Numbered from the stretch's first letter, positions 22,032-32,586 are shown. The stretch is DNA of 64,000 nucleotides from Thainema sp. (GCA_052168235.1 JBQLZK010000002.1:224001-288000), one strand, 5' to 3'. Notes: generated by a model from the sequence alone, not told the origin. Program-made: numbers and translations.

Positions 22032-22336
22032 GGGGTCTATTGCGAAAACCCCGTTTGTGGGGGCGGCTTGCCCCCACGTCCCCGCTGGGAGGCGGTTGCG
22101 TCCCCCAGACCCCCTCCAAAAAAGCTAACGTGTTGAGTGCCAACAGATGCCTGTTGGGGGTAATAGGTTTGGCGGAACGCCAAACCAAAGATAGTCTTCA
22201 CAAGTAACGCCCGATCCACCCCGGCAAAGCGAAGCGATTTAGTCTCACTCACCGATCACTTCGTCCGGGGGGGGCCTGGGGCGTCGGAACGCACCAGTGG
22301 GTGGTTCTGAGGGGGCTAGTCCCCTCAGAACCACCC
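22032..22336. repeat. GC-rich multi-hairpin intergenic element
   Basis: Hairpins gtgggggc-ggctt-gcccccac (22057-22077) and gggtggttctgagggg...cccctcagaaccaccc (22299-22336), plus cccccagaccccc motif. Confidence 0.55.
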
Positions 22337-22473
22337 TTTCCAACCAACAACCCCAAAACCACCTCACCGCTCACCCTTCAAAACCATCTAACAATCTATC
22401 AAAACCATTCAGAAAATAATCCAAAACCATTACTCTGGTTACAGAGTACACAACCGCCCATGCCATCTAAACC

Positions 22474-23595
22474 ATGACCCAAACCACCACAAAATCCATC
22501 ATTACCGTCGAACTTCCCCAAAACCCCTACGACGTAGTGATTGCCAATGACAGCGTTCAACAGCTGGGTCACTGGTTATCCCAACCCCAACTGCGCCTGG
22601 GCAAAAAGATCCTGCTTGTCTCCAACCCCATGATCTTTAAGCACTATGGAGAAACTGCGATCGCATCTCTCAAACAAGCTGGCTTTGACGTCATTCATCA
22701 CCTCATTCCCCCTGGCGAGCGCTACAAAACCGTCAGCTCTATCCAAAAAATTTACGATATTGCGCTGGAACATCGGCTGGAGCGCTCCTCAGCAATGGTT
22801 GCCCTCGGTGGTGGTGTCGTTGGTGATATGACCGGATTCGCTGCCGCTACCTGGATGCGGGGCCTCGCCGTCGTCCAAGTTCCTACTTCCCTGCTGGCAA
22901 TGGTTGATGCCTCCATTGGCGGCAAGACAGGTGTTAACCACCCTCGCGGCAAAAACCTGATCGGAGCCTTTCACCAGCCGCGACTGGTGCTGATTGACCC
23001 GCACGTTCTCACCACACTCCCTGCACGAGAATTTCGGGCTGGCATGGCCGAGGTGATTAAGTACGGCATTATCTGGGATGCTGACCTGTTTGAGCAAATG
23101 GAGCAGACGAAGCGATTAGATCAGCGACGCTATGTTCCCGATGGCCTGATTCAGGAAATCCTCACTCGCTCCTGCCAAGCTAAGGCTGATGTGGTGGCTC
23201 AGGATGAAAAAGAAGGCGGTCTGCGCGCCATTTTGAACTACGGTCACACCATCGGTCACGCCGTTGAAAGTTTGACGGGCTACCGCGTGGTGAATCACGG
23301 CGAAGCCGTCGCCATAGGGATGGTTGCGGCGGGTCAAATTGCTGTCGAACTCAATATGTGGCAGCAGGCCGACGCTGATCGCCAGTATGAGCTGATTAAA
23401 AAAACGGGCTTACCGACCGAAGTGCCCGCCATGCTCGATATTGACGACATTCTAGACAGCCTCAAATCCGACAAAAAAGTCAAAGATGGCCGCGTTCGCT
23501 TTGTCCTACCCACCCAGATTGGCGCAGTTACCATTACCGATGAAGTCCCGGAGACGGTGATTCGGGACGTTTTGAAAGTGATCCAAACCCAGTAA
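22474..23595 (+). CDS. aroB: 3-dehydroquinate synthase
   Basis: [43 protein letters not shown]. Confidence 0.97.
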   Translation: MTQTTTKSIITVELPQNPYDVVIANDSVQQLGHWLSQPQLRLGKKILLVSNPMIFKHYGETAIASLKQAGFDVIHHLIPPGERYKTVSSIQKIYDIALEHRLERSSAMVALGGGVVGDMTGFAAATWMRGLAVVQVPTSLLAMVDASIGGKTGVNHPRGKNLIGAFHQPRLVLIDPHVLTTLPAREFRAGMAEVIKYGIIWDADLFEQMEQTKRLDQRRYVPDGLIQEILTRSCQAKADVVAQDEKEGGLRAILNYGHTIGHAVESLTGYRVVNHGEAVAIGMVAAGQIAVELNMWQQADADRQYELIKKTGLPTEVPAMLDIDDILDSLKSDKKVKDGRVRFVLPTQIGAVTITDEVPETVIRDVLKVIQTQ

Positions 23596-23740
23596 TATTT
23601 CGTCAGCGTCCAGAAGCGTCAGCGTCCAAAAAATGGATTTTTATTTGTGAAAGTCTTGCTATGGGGGCTTTTACAAAAACTGATGGATTTTTAATTTAAC
23701 GTGATAGAACTCCACTCATTTTTAGACAGGAGCAAGCGCC

Positions 23741-24124
23741 ATGAGTGAGCGCGTCATTATTACCAACGATGAACTGTTGAAGTTTCAGGCTCAGGTCGCG
23801 GAGCTGCCAGGTGCGATCGCAGTTTTTGAAACTCTCGCCGATTGCGAAGGCGACCTGGAAGATGCCGCTATTTCCGTAGCGCTCCAGGTTGGCCAAGAAC
23901 CCGATCATTCCGATGGCTGGCTGAACGATACCGCCAAGAGTTGGCGACATGTTCTGTGTCAGCCTGATGTGCGATCGCACTTGGCTCAAAACGAAATTAA
24001 GCTGCCCGTGGAGACTCTGATTGAACAGTCTACGCTGCCTGCTCGTTTGGCGATGCTGGTGGCTGTCCATGCGGTCAAGCTGGACTTACCTGACTTTTGC
24101 CAAGCCTTTGAGCAAGCGGAGTGA
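23741..24124 (+). CDS. Hypothetical protein
   Basis: 127-aa ORF with AGGAG RBS; DCEGDLEDAA motif reminiscent of conserved cyanobacterial hypotheticals. Confidence 0.7.
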   Translation: MSERVIITNDELLKFQAQVAELPGAIAVFETLADCEGDLEDAAISVALQVGQEPDHSDGWLNDTAKSWRHVLCQPDVRSHLAQNEIKLPVETLIEQSTLPARLAMLVAVHAVKLDLPDFCQAFEQAE

Positions 24125-24300
24125 TAGAGACGGGGTGGGGCGATGGCGGCATCTATCAGGAGCGGGGGAGAACGGGCGCTAGGGCGAACGGGCGTGGAGG
24201 AGCGAGAGAACGGCGAAGTAATGTGAATTTATGTAAACTATAGGCGGAAACGGCTCCATCGCCTGTTTTCTCAGTTGCTATTACATTGATTCATTAATCT

Positions 24301-24849
24301 ATGGTTTCTCGTCGCCGTTTGCTTCAGGCTGTTTTAGCCCTTTGCTTTAGTGTTCTCAGTTTTGGGATGGCATCACCCGCCTATGCGCTGGGTGGTGAGC
24401 AGCTTCCCCTCGGTTCTCCTGCACCGGATTTTACGCTGCCGACTAGTACGGGAGATGGCACGGAGAGCCTGTCTGACTATCGGGGAAAGTGGGTGGTGCT
24501 GTACTTCTACCCCAAGGATTTTACGTCCGGCTGCACCCTAGAAGCCCAGCGCTTCCAGCGAGATTTGCCGAAGTATATGGAGCGAAATGCTCAAATCCTG
24601 GGCGTCAGCGCTGATGATGTGGATTCTCACAAAGAATTCTGCGATGCCGAGGGACTACGCTTTCCGCTGCTGGCCGATACCGATGGAGCCGTCAGCAAAG
24701 CCTATCGCTCCTGGATGGGCTATGTGTCGCTGCGTCATACCTATATCATTGACCCTGAGGGCAATCTGCAAGCCCGCTTTTTGGGTGTACGGCCTGCCAT
24801 TCATAGCACTGAAGTTCTGGCCAAGCTAGACGAATTGCAGTCTGCTTAA
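24301..24849 (+). CDS. Peroxiredoxin Q/BCP family
   Basis: VVLYFYPKDFTSGCTLEA; N-terminal RR signal-like peptide. Confidence 0.92.
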   Translation: MVSRRRLLQAVLALCFSVLSFGMASPAYALGGEQLPLGSPAPDFTLPTSTGDGTESLSDYRGKWVVLYFYPKDFTSGCTLEAQRFQRDLPKYMERNAQILGVSADDVDSHKEFCDAEGLRFPLLADTDGAVSKAYRSWMGYVSLRHTYIIDPEGNLQARFLGVRPAIHSTEVLAKLDELQSA

Positions 24850-24877
24850 CGGAAACAGCGCCAAAGTAACACGAATA

Positions 24878-24921
24878 AAAAGAGAACGTCCCGCTCACCG
24901 ATTGAGCGGGACGTTCTCTTT
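24878..24921. terminator. Bidirectional terminator
   Basis: aaagagaacgtcccgctca...tgagcgggacgttctcttt between convergent ORFs. Confidence 0.75.
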
Positions 24922-24941
24922 CTAAGGATTAACAACGGTTT

Positions 24942-25049
24942 TTACTGAAAACCTGCCAGCACCAAAAATCCACCACAAACCAGCGCCAGGATGGAGAGTA
25001 CTAAACCTGCATTCCAGCTTCCTTTCCAAGAATAATTTTTCTCTGGCAT
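24942..25049 (-). CDS. Putative 35-aa single-pass membrane protein (not in ORF track)
   Basis: MPEKNYSWKGSWNAGLVLSILALVCGGFLVLAGFQ*; AGGTGA upstream; terminator downstream. Confidence 0.55.
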   Translation of the reverse strand: MPEKNYSWKGSWNAGLVLSILALVCGGFLVLAGFQ

Positions 25050-25159
25050 ACGTATCACCTGGTTACATCTATGTGACGCATTGTTACATATGGCATTAGT
25101 TTGTGCATTATCCGTAAGTCAGAGGTCAAAGATGCTAGGTCTTCGTGCTCATGGAAAAG

Positions 25160-25573
25160 TTTTCCACAGGCTGATTGGGGAAACGATACTCGAACCTGCA
25201 TAAAAAGGTGCATACAAAGTTTTCCACAGGCTGGCTGTATTTTTCCGTGCTGAATCGAGCGCGACATGAAACAGCGCTCAATGTTGCGTTTTGATGTTTT
25301 CTACTCCAAACGGCCAGCAACCAGCACCAGAAAAGTGGCCCCTACTCAAGCAGTTTGCTTGGGGACAAAGTAGGGAAAATGCATGGCAGGCAGGCGATTG
25401 ACTCTGCTCAACCTAAAAATTAGCAGATGCAAATACACACAAGATTTAACAAAACCCATAGGTTTTCGCAAAATTTGCAATTCTTATCTTTTGCCAGGTT
25501 TTTCCCCACGAATTCCACATCTTTTCCACAGTACTCCCCAAAGTTTTCCACAGTTTCCCACAGGTTTTCCACA
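25160..25573 (+). promoter_or_regulatory. DnaA-box cluster
   Basis: TTTTCCACA at 25160, 25220, 25522, 25544, 25565; degenerate boxes at 25511 and 25554. Confidence 0.8.
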
Positions 25574-26237
25574 GGCGAGAACGGAGTGATGCCTACTTGC
25601 TCAATTCCTGGGGATTACTAGATTACATTCCAAGTCATCTGAAAAAACGCTGATTTTGTTAAGTAGTGTAACAAAATAAAGGCTGAAACCCTTGATTTCT
25701 CGTTAGGGTCTTTTCGAATAGAACAGCTTCTTAAAATTTTGCAATATTGACATTTGCCTGAGAGATTCCGAGAATGATGCGACCTGCTTTGTTAGGCAGG
25801 CATCCAAATTGGCAACTCAACCTGTGCATTTTGTCTCGGGGTCACGTTGGATTTTCTGGTCAATTGAGCACCTTGTGTGTGAATGGGGCCGGTTGAATGC
25901 AACGCAATGGCCTGCGACGGCAGACAAACCGTACTGGGTCGAGTCAGTTTGGTGTGTATTGGGCTGCAAATTTGCAGATTGAGGCAAATCGAAATTGCTC
26001 GAAAACTGCTGAAAATCATGTGATCATTTGCGCCCAGATGGTCTAACCTGTGTCCATCATCTTGTCAATCGAGGCGTTTCTTCCTACAAACCTATGAAAT
26101 TTCTGCATTATCCAAACTTAGGTAGGCCCATCAAACGCACTTGGCGCATCTGACGCGTTTGGCACTGGGCCACAATCCGTAAAGTCTTGTAAATTCCACG
26201 TTCAACTCAGCAATTGATTTAAGCAAGAGGTGTCCTA

Positions 26238-26438
26238 ATGAACGCAACCGTGAGCATTTTGGCTGAAATTCCTGAAGAACTACATGATTCCCTGCGCAGC
26301 TTTTTGGAGAGTCATCCCACTTGGGATCAAGACCGCGTTTTCTCGGCTGCTCTGTCTCTGTTCCTGCTGCAAAATGGCGAATGCGATCGCAGGGCGTCGC
26401 GCGTCTACCTAGACAGCTTGTTTAAGCATGCGGTTTAA
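26238..26438 (+). CDS. DUF2811 family protein
   Basis: VSILAEIPEELH..L..FLESHP.WDQDRVFSAALSLFLLQNG. Confidence 0.85.
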   Translation: MNATVSILAEIPEELHDSLRSFLESHPTWDQDRVFSAALSLFLLQNGECDRRASRVYLDSLFKHAV

Positions 26439-26770
26439 CGGGTAAGCCCGTAAATCCAGGTTTTGGTACGGTAAGTGGAACATTACTGCTTCCGGCCAGA
26501 ATCTGGGTTCTGTGAAGGCTGTAGAGGTCTGTGAGGGTTATAAGGGCTGTAAAGGGCTATAGAGGATTTTGAAGGGGACTGATTTTGCGATTGCGCTTGT
26601 CTGTCATCAGCATGATCAACTTATACAGGCGTACACATTTCCTCAGCCTTATTTTGAGCAATATGCGGATTGCGCTGATATTGTGCGATCGCAACAAGCG
26701 TAAACAACAAAAAAAGGGACAATCATCGATTGCCCCTAGAGAACCAGTTTTACCCGGACGGAAAAGCTAC

Positions 26771-27382
26771 TTATGCGGCTTGCTTCGCCGCTTCGAGCTG
26801 TTCAGATACGAATGACCAGTTGACGAGATTATTCAAAAACGTGTCAGCATAGTTAGCCCGACCGTTTTGGTAATCAAGATAATAAGCGTGCTCCCAGACA
26901 TCCATTGTTAGTAACGGCGTTTGACCGTCCACGATGGGGTTCACGGCGTTGGGCGTGTTGACCACCTTCAGCTTGCCGCCGTCTAGCACCAGCCAGGCGT
27001 AACCGCTGCCGAATTGGCCCGTGCCAGCAGATTTGAACGCTTCTTTGAACTGATCGAAGCTGCCAAAGTCGGACTTGATTTTATCGGCTAGTTCACCTGA
27101 AGGCGTGCCGCCGCCGTTGGGACTCATGCAGTTCCAGTAAAACGTGTGGTTCCAGGCTTGCGCGGCGTTATTGTGCAGCCCCGTCATTTTGGGATTGTTG
27201 TAAGCGGCTTTGATCACCTCTTCTATGGATCTATCCGCCATGCCTGCGTCCTGAACCATGCTGTTGTAGTTGTTGACATACTTGGCATGGTGCTTATCGT
27301 GGTGAAATTCCAGCGTTCTGGATGAAATATGCGGCTCTAGCGCATCGTAGCCATAGGGCAAATCGGGAAGTTGGTAAGCCAT
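26771..27382 (-). CDS. sodB: Fe-type superoxide dismutase
   Basis: LPDLPYGYDALEPH, HHDKHH, NNAAQAWNH (Fe-type), DVWEHAYY. Confidence 0.92.
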   Translation of the reverse strand: MAYQLPDLPYGYDALEPHISSRTLEFHHDKHHAKYVNNYNSMVQDAGMADRSIEEVIKAAYNNPKMTGLHNNAAQAWNHTFYWNCMSPNGGGTPSGELADKIKSDFGSFDQFKEAFKSAGTGQFGSGYAWLVLDGGKLKVVNTPNAVNPIVDGQTPLLTMDVWEHAYYLDYQNGRANYADTFLNNLVNWSFVSEQLEAAKQAA

Positions 27383-27671
27383 AATTGCTGTCCTCTTTTG
27401 ATCTAATGTCTCTTGCACATATGCCTTTTGCAGGTGTGAATTGTTGTGCGGCTAGGTTGCACAGTAATTCACACAAGAGTTCTTACTCATAGGGTGAGAG
27501 ATTTGGGCTGTTCATCCCCCCTTCAGAAGAAGGAGATTGGCAGTTCTTTGTTCAAGTCTATTGATGGATGGAAGAACCGCGATTGGCTATCAAGCGCATT
27601 TAGCGTGGCTTGATGAAATGTGCCAGGCGCTGAATTCGGCAACTAATATTTCAACTTAATCCGCTTAAATC

Positions 27672-27685
27672 GTAGCTTTTACTAC
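27672..27685. promoter_or_regulatory. Candidate NtcA box
   Basis: GTA-gcttttac-TAC upstream of the desaturase-hydrolase-glnT cluster. Confidence 0.5.
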
Positions 27686-27847
27686 AACGGACAGCAAAAC
27701 CGGAGCAGTATACCAGAACGAAACAGAGTAGTGGTATGTAGGCCATGTTCTGGTAAATCCACGCTTTGCGTGTCATCTACCAAAGGTCAGAATTGGTCTT
27801 CATGAACCGATTCTGGAGCGATACGCACCAGATCGGTTCTGTTGAGT

Positions 27848-27950
27848 TATATCAAGTCCGTGTATAGGAACCCTATTTACTTTGTGAAATACTTGCCAAG
27901 CAAGCATTTTACAAAATAGACAGTGGGTTTTTACACCGGATTTCATATTA
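27848..27950. repeat. ~100-bp imperfect palindromic dispersed element, copy 1
   Basis: tatatcaagtccgtgtataggaaccc...gggtttttacaccggatttcatatta; homologous to 37630-37736. Confidence 0.75.
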
Positions 27951-27978
27951 GACGCCATTGAGCAAGGTTGAACGAAGT

Positions 27979-28968
27979 ATGTCTACGCCAGATCCGGTTA
28001 TGTCTGCGGTTGAGCCAGAAATATCTGAAAACGCTGAAGGTTGGCACGTGAAGCCGAGTGCCGTGTTTTCCGTTGAAGAACTGGCCGAGCTGAATGCGAA
28101 GTGCGATCGCAAAGGCTGGCAGCAGTTGATCACTCATCTCAGCGTGATGGCGATTAGCGGTGTCGCTTGGGGCTGGAGTTTGGGCCACGGGTTCTGGTGG
28201 CTGGCAGTTCCGGCTGTGGTGGTTTATGGCTTTAGCTTAGCCTCCATGTTTGCCCCGGTGCATGAGTGCGTGCATCGGACGGCGTTTGCCAATCAGCGGC
28301 TGAACGATGTTGTGGCCTGGTTGGCGGGGATTCTGTCGCTATACAACAGCACGTTTTATCGCCGCTATCACAAGTGGCATCACCGCTACACCCGCGTGTT
28401 GGGTAAAGATCCTGAATACGAAGATTTGCCGCCGACCAGTTGGGTGTCTTACCTCTGGATTCTGAGCGGCATTCCCTGGTGGATCGGCAAGGTGCAGGGA
28501 CACTGGCGGATGGCGACGGGCAACTTTGAGGGCTGTCCGTATATCTCTGAGGCAGCAAAGGGTGAAGTGATCCGTTCGACTCGCTGGCAGTTGGCCGTGT
28601 ATGGAGTTGCGATCGCACTTTCTCTGGTTTTCCAGCAGCCCTGGTTTATTCTCTACTGGCTGTTGCCGCTGGCGGTGGGTCAGCCCATTCTGCGGTTCAT
28701 TCTGCTGGCGGAGCATACGGGCTGCACTCAGGATAATAATCCCTTGACCAACACCCGCACAACGCTGACGCTGTGGCCACTGCGACTGCTGATGTGGAAC
28801 ATGCCCTTTCATGCTGAGCATCATCTCTATGCGTCGATTCCGTTCCATGCCTTACCCCAGGCGCACACAAAGCTGGCCGGAAAGCTGACCCATGTGGCAC
28901 CGGGCTACGTGGCCGTGAATCTTCAGATCGCCAGTCAGTTCGGCAACTCGCTGGGTACGGCGGCATGA
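27979..28968 (+). CDS. Fatty-acid-desaturase superfamily membrane di-iron enzyme
   Basis: His boxes HECVH, HKWHH, HAEHH; TM segments. Confidence 0.85.
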   Translation: MSTPDPVMSAVEPEISENAEGWHVKPSAVFSVEELAELNAKCDRKGWQQLITHLSVMAISGVAWGWSLGHGFWWLAVPAVVVYGFSLASMFAPVHECVHRTAFANQRLNDVVAWLAGILSLYNSTFYRRYHKWHHRYTRVLGKDPEYEDLPPTSWVSYLWILSGIPWWIGKVQGHWRMATGNFEGCPYISEAAKGEVIRSTRWQLAVYGVAIALSLVFQQPWFILYWLLPLAVGQPILRFILLAEHTGCTQDNNPLTNTRTTLTLWPLRLLMWNMPFHAEHHLYASIPFHALPQAHTKLAGKLTHVAPGYVAVNLQIASQFGNSLGTAA

Positions 28969-29981
28969 GCCGTTCCGCAGGCGTTTGGACAGCGCCAGAT
29001 TTTCCGCTCCAGTGCGGCGTGACGCTGCCGCAGGTGCGCGTGGTGTATCAAACCTACGGCGAATTGAACTGCGATCGCACTAATGTCATCCTCTACCCCA
29101 CCTCCTATGGGGCGCAGCATACCGACATTGACTGGCTGATTCAGCCGGACGGCATTCTCGACCCAACTCAGTGGTTTATCATCATCCCCAATATGTTGGG
29201 CAATGGCCTCTCCAGTTCGCCCAGCAACGGTGATGTCGATGGCGTCGCCGAGCAGGGCATTTACTTCATGCACTGGGATAACGTCACTGCCCAGAAGCGA
29301 CTGCTGCGGGAGGTGTTTGGCATTGAGCAACTGGCGCTGGTCTACGGCTGGTCAATGGGAGCACAGCAAGCCTATCACTGGGGTGCGCTCTACCCGGAAC
29401 GGGTGCAGCGGATCGCGGCTCTCTGCGGCACGGCGCGAACAACAGATCATAATCGGATTTTCCTGGACAGTTTGCGATCGGCGTTGACTGCTGATCCCAC
29501 CTGGAACGGACAGTCCTTCGACGGTGTGCCCGAACGGGGCCTCCGCACGTTTGCCCGCATCTACGCGAGCTGGGCGGCCTCGCAAGCCTACTACCGGGAG
29601 GGCATCTATTACCAACTGGGCTACGAGTCGCTGGACGACTACCTCTGGCGAGCCTGGGAAATGAACTACCGCAAGCGCGATCCGCGCAACCTAATCGCCA
29701 TGCTCGATACCTGGCTGCGCTGCGATGTCGGCAATAATCCGGTTTATCAGGGGGATTATGAACGAGCGATGCAATCCATTCAGGCCAAAACGCTGGTCAT
29801 GCCCGCCACCACCGATCTGTATTTCACCCCCGAAGACTGTGCGGCAGAAGCAAAACTAATCCCCAATGCCACCTACCGCCCGATTTCCTCCATCTGGGGA
29901 CATCGCGCAGGCAATCCCTACCAAAATCCAGAGGATGCCACCTTTATTCGGCAGGCTGTACAAGAGCTATTTGAAGATTAA
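28965..29981 (+). CDS. Alpha/beta hydrolase (homoserine acetyltransferase-like fold)
   Basis: YQTYGELN, GNGLSSSPSN, GWSMG nucleophile elbow, DLYF, WGH; ATGA overlap with upstream gene. Confidence 0.85.
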   Translation: MSRSAGVWTAPDFPLQCGVTLPQVRVVYQTYGELNCDRTNVILYPTSYGAQHTDIDWLIQPDGILDPTQWFIIIPNMLGNGLSSSPSNGDVDGVAEQGIYFMHWDNVTAQKRLLREVFGIEQLALVYGWSMGAQQAYHWGALYPERVQRIAALCGTARTTDHNRIFLDSLRSALTADPTWNGQSFDGVPERGLRTFARIYASWAASQAYYREGIYYQLGYESLDDYLWRAWEMNYRKRDPRNLIAMLDTWLRCDVGNNPVYQGDYERAMQSIQAKTLVMPATTDLYFTPEDCAAEAKLIPNATYRPISSIWGHRAGNPYQNPEDATFIRQAVQELFED

Positions 29982-29998
29982 GAACTGAATTATACAGC

Positions 29999-30460
29999 TT
30001 ACTGAAAATCTGGATAGTTGCGACTGCCTTCAAACATTGATTCCAATTCCTCAACAGTTGCCAGAATTGCCTCTGTGTCTCCATCTGTAACCAATTCTTT
30101 AATCTCTTTGAGCCGTTCTAGCACTCCTGTTTGTCCATCCGGCAACAATGCCTGGAACTGATACCAATTGTAGAGGTGATATAGCAAATGATATGTCATG
30201 CCAATATCCGGTTCACGGTTGGGTTCACATAGAAACAGCTCTAAATCGACTAACCAGTCTATGGCGGCTCCAACTCCGTCCACGTAAGTATGAAAAACAG
30301 CCGTTTTCAACATTTCGCTTGGTGTATTGGGAAAGACTTGGCGAAATGCCCGTTCTGCTTCGCTACTTAGGTCACTTCGCTGTAGCAAGGTTCGTACTAT
30401 TTCCCAACGCTGCTCTCGATTCAGTGGTTTTGGTGTATGTGGATCTTTTGACGGTTGCAT
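29999..30460 (-). CDS. Hypothetical protein
   Basis: 153-aa ORF with AGGTG upstream, opposite to the surrounding operon. Confidence 0.7.
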   Translation of the reverse strand: MQPSKDPHTPKPLNREQRWEIVRTLLQRSDLSSEAERAFRQVFPNTPSEMLKTAVFHTYVDGVGAAIDWLVDLELFLCEPNREPDIGMTYHLLYHLYNWYQFQALLPDGQTGVLERLKEIKELVTDGDTEAILATVEELESMFEGSRNYPDFQ

Positions 30461-30546
30461 CTAATCACACCTAGTAAAACTAATCACCCGCTCTAATCAA
30501 GCGATTTTGGCATATATCTCTATTCGTTATCTCCCAAAAACATCTA

Positions 30547-30681
30547 ATGACACGACTCTCCAATCTTGCTCGCAAAAAGAACATCCATTACTTCCTAATC
30601 TACTTCACTGACCTGTTCGGTACTCAGCGCGCCAAGCTTGTCCCTGCGGCTGCAATTGACGAGATGGCCGCTAGTGGTGCA
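30547..30681 (+). pseudogene. Truncated duplicate of the glnT 5' end (~45 codons)
   Basis: ...YFLIYFTDLFGTQRAKLVPAAAIDEMAASGA matches the 35660 gene start; similarity ends just before the HIP1 site at 30685. Confidence 0.9.
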
Positions 30682-30841
30682 GATGCGATCGCGCTTCTCA
30701 GAATCTGCATGCTCCAAATCCAACGAATTTTCAGGATTGATTGTTGCAAGATTGAAGATGTAAGCGGGAATACTGAGAAGTGGATCTGCTTAACCGCTGC
30801 TTCATTCTTCTCTGCACTAGCTCTCCGAAGTTTTACTGATT

Positions 30842-32572
30842 ATGTCGCGCCTCCTCGTCACGCAGTATCAATCTGAAGTTGATAGCCTCATCCGCTATGG
30901 TGGGTCGCGCAATGAAGCCAGCATTCGGCGGGCGTTTGAAAATTTGCTGAACCAGTACTGCAAGCCGCGCAACTACATGCTGGTGCCAGAGCTGGACTAC
31001 AAGACCAAGTTCAATACGACGGTTAGGCCCGATGGCACAGTGAAGGATGCTATTCGCCTAGAGCATGGCTGGTGGGAGAGCAAAGACGAATACGACGTGC
31101 TCGATGAGGAAATTGAGAAGAAGTTTGCTAAGGGCTATCCCGACGAAAATATTTTGTTTGAAGACTCCCAGACGGCGGTGCTGTATCAGCATGGGCGGGA
31201 GCAGTTGCGGGTGTCGATGCGCGATGCCGATGAGCTGGACGGGCTGATCGCCACGTTTGTCGATTACGAACGGCCTGAAGTGCGGGACTTTCGGACGGCG
31301 ATCAAAGCCTTTCGCGATGATATTCCTCACATTCTGGAAGCGCTGCGAGATCAAATTCATCAGGCCGAGCGAGAAAATGAGCGGTTCCGGGAACGCCGCA
31401 ACACGTTTCTGGAAGTCTGCCGCCAGTCCATCAACCCGGAAATTGAGATCTTCGACATCCATGAGATGTTGATTCAGCACATTCTCACGGAGGATATTTT
31501 CACCAATATTTTCCATGAGTCGCAGTTTCACCGCGAAAACAACATCGCGCGGGAAATCTCAGAAATTCTCGCCACGTTTTTTACGGGAGCGACGCGCAAG
31601 AATACGCTGAAAAGCATTGAGCACTACTACGCGGTGATCCGCCGCAAGTCGGAAAACATCGCCAATCACCACGAAAAGCAGAAGTTTCTCAAGGCGGTGT
31701 ATGAGAACTTTTACAAGGCGTACAACCCCAAAGCTGCGGATCGGCTGGGCATTGTCTACACGCCGAATGAAATTGTGCGCTTCATGATTGAGAGTGCCGA
31801 TTATTTGACCCACAAGCATTTTGGCAAGCTGCTGAGTGATCCGGGGGTGGAGATTTTAGACCCCTGCACGGGTACGGGCACCTATGTGACGGAGCTGATT
31901 GAGTATTTGCCAACCGATAAGCTGGAGCACAAATATAAGCATGAGATTCACTGCAATGAAGTGGCGATTTTGCCCTATTACATTGCGAACTTGAATATTG
32001 AGTTTACCTATCAGCAAAAGATGGGTAAGTACGAGGAGTTTAAGAATATTTGTCTGGTGGATACACTGGATCACTGCAGTGCAGCAGGCCACCAGTTTGA
32101 CCTGTTTGCTATGAGTGTGCAGAACACGTCGCGGATTCAGCAGCAGAACGATCGCACCATCTCTGTCATCATCGGCAATCCGCCCTACAACGCCCACCAG
32201 GAAAACTTCAATCAGCGCAACGCTAACCGCCCCTACCAAAGTATCGATAAGGCCATCAAAGACAGCTATATCAAGGAAGGCACTGCCCAGAACCAAATCG
32301 TTGTCTACGATATGTATACCCGCTTCTTTCGCTGGGCAACGGATCGATTAGGCAAGAACGGAATCATCGCGTTTATTACTAATCGCTCTTTCATCGACTC
32401 GAAAACCTTTGATGGCTTTCGTAAATGTATTGAGCGAGACTTTGACCATATCTACATTGTGGATACTCAATCAGATGTGAGAAACAATCCCAAAATCTCT
32501 GGCACCAAGAACAACGTTTTTGGCATTCAAACCGGAATCGCTGTGATGTTTTTAGTAAAAGCGCAGGGCTAG
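30842..32572 (+). CDS. Type IIG/ISP-like RM enzyme, nuclease + N6-adenine methyltransferase part
   Basis: RPDG...WWESKD PD-(D/E)xK-like motif; GIVYTP; ILDPCTGTG (motif I); IGNPPY (motif IV); no helicase motifs. Confidence 0.88.
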   Translation: MSRLLVTQYQSEVDSLIRYGGSRNEASIRRAFENLLNQYCKPRNYMLVPELDYKTKFNTTVRPDGTVKDAIRLEHGWWESKDEYDVLDEEIEKKFAKGYPDENILFEDSQTAVLYQHGREQLRVSMRDADELDGLIATFVDYERPEVRDFRTAIKAFRDDIPHILEALRDQIHQAERENERFRERRNTFLEVCRQSINPEIEIFDIHEMLIQHILTEDIFTNIFHESQFHRENNIAREISEILATFFTGATRKNTLKSIEHYYAVIRRKSENIANHHEKQKFLKAVYENFYKAYNPKAADRLGIVYTPNEIVRFMIESADYLTHKHFGKLLSDPGVEILDPCTGTGTYVTELIEYLPTDKLEHKYKHEIHCNEVAILPYYIANLNIEFTYQQKMGKYEEFKNICLVDTLDHCSAAGHQFDLFAMSVQNTSRIQQQNDRTISVIIGNPPYNAHQENFNQRNANRPYQSIDKAIKDSYIKEGTAQNQIVVYDMYTRFFRWATDRLGKNGIIAFITNRSFIDSKTFDGFRKCIERDFDHIYIVDTQSDVRNNPKISGTKNNVFGIQTGIAVMFLVKAQG

Positions 32573-32586
32573 ACAAGGGGCACAGA

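Noticed and set aside
25500..25575. TTTTCCACA array as CRISPR or simple microsatellite
   Set aside because: Units are 9 bp with 1-2 nt spacers and match the DnaA box
25055..26019. Short ORFs across the DnaA-box region
   Set aside because: Their peptides only reflect the repeats (FPQ/VEN); no RBS or family motifs
26510..26570. Degenerate 9-10-bp repeat (gtRRagggct-like)
   Set aside because: Short and degenerate; similar low-complexity intergenic repeats are common and no function is supportable
30547..30876. 109-aa ORF as a real gene
   Set aside because: Only the first ~45 codons match glnT; the rest is read-through past the breakpoint
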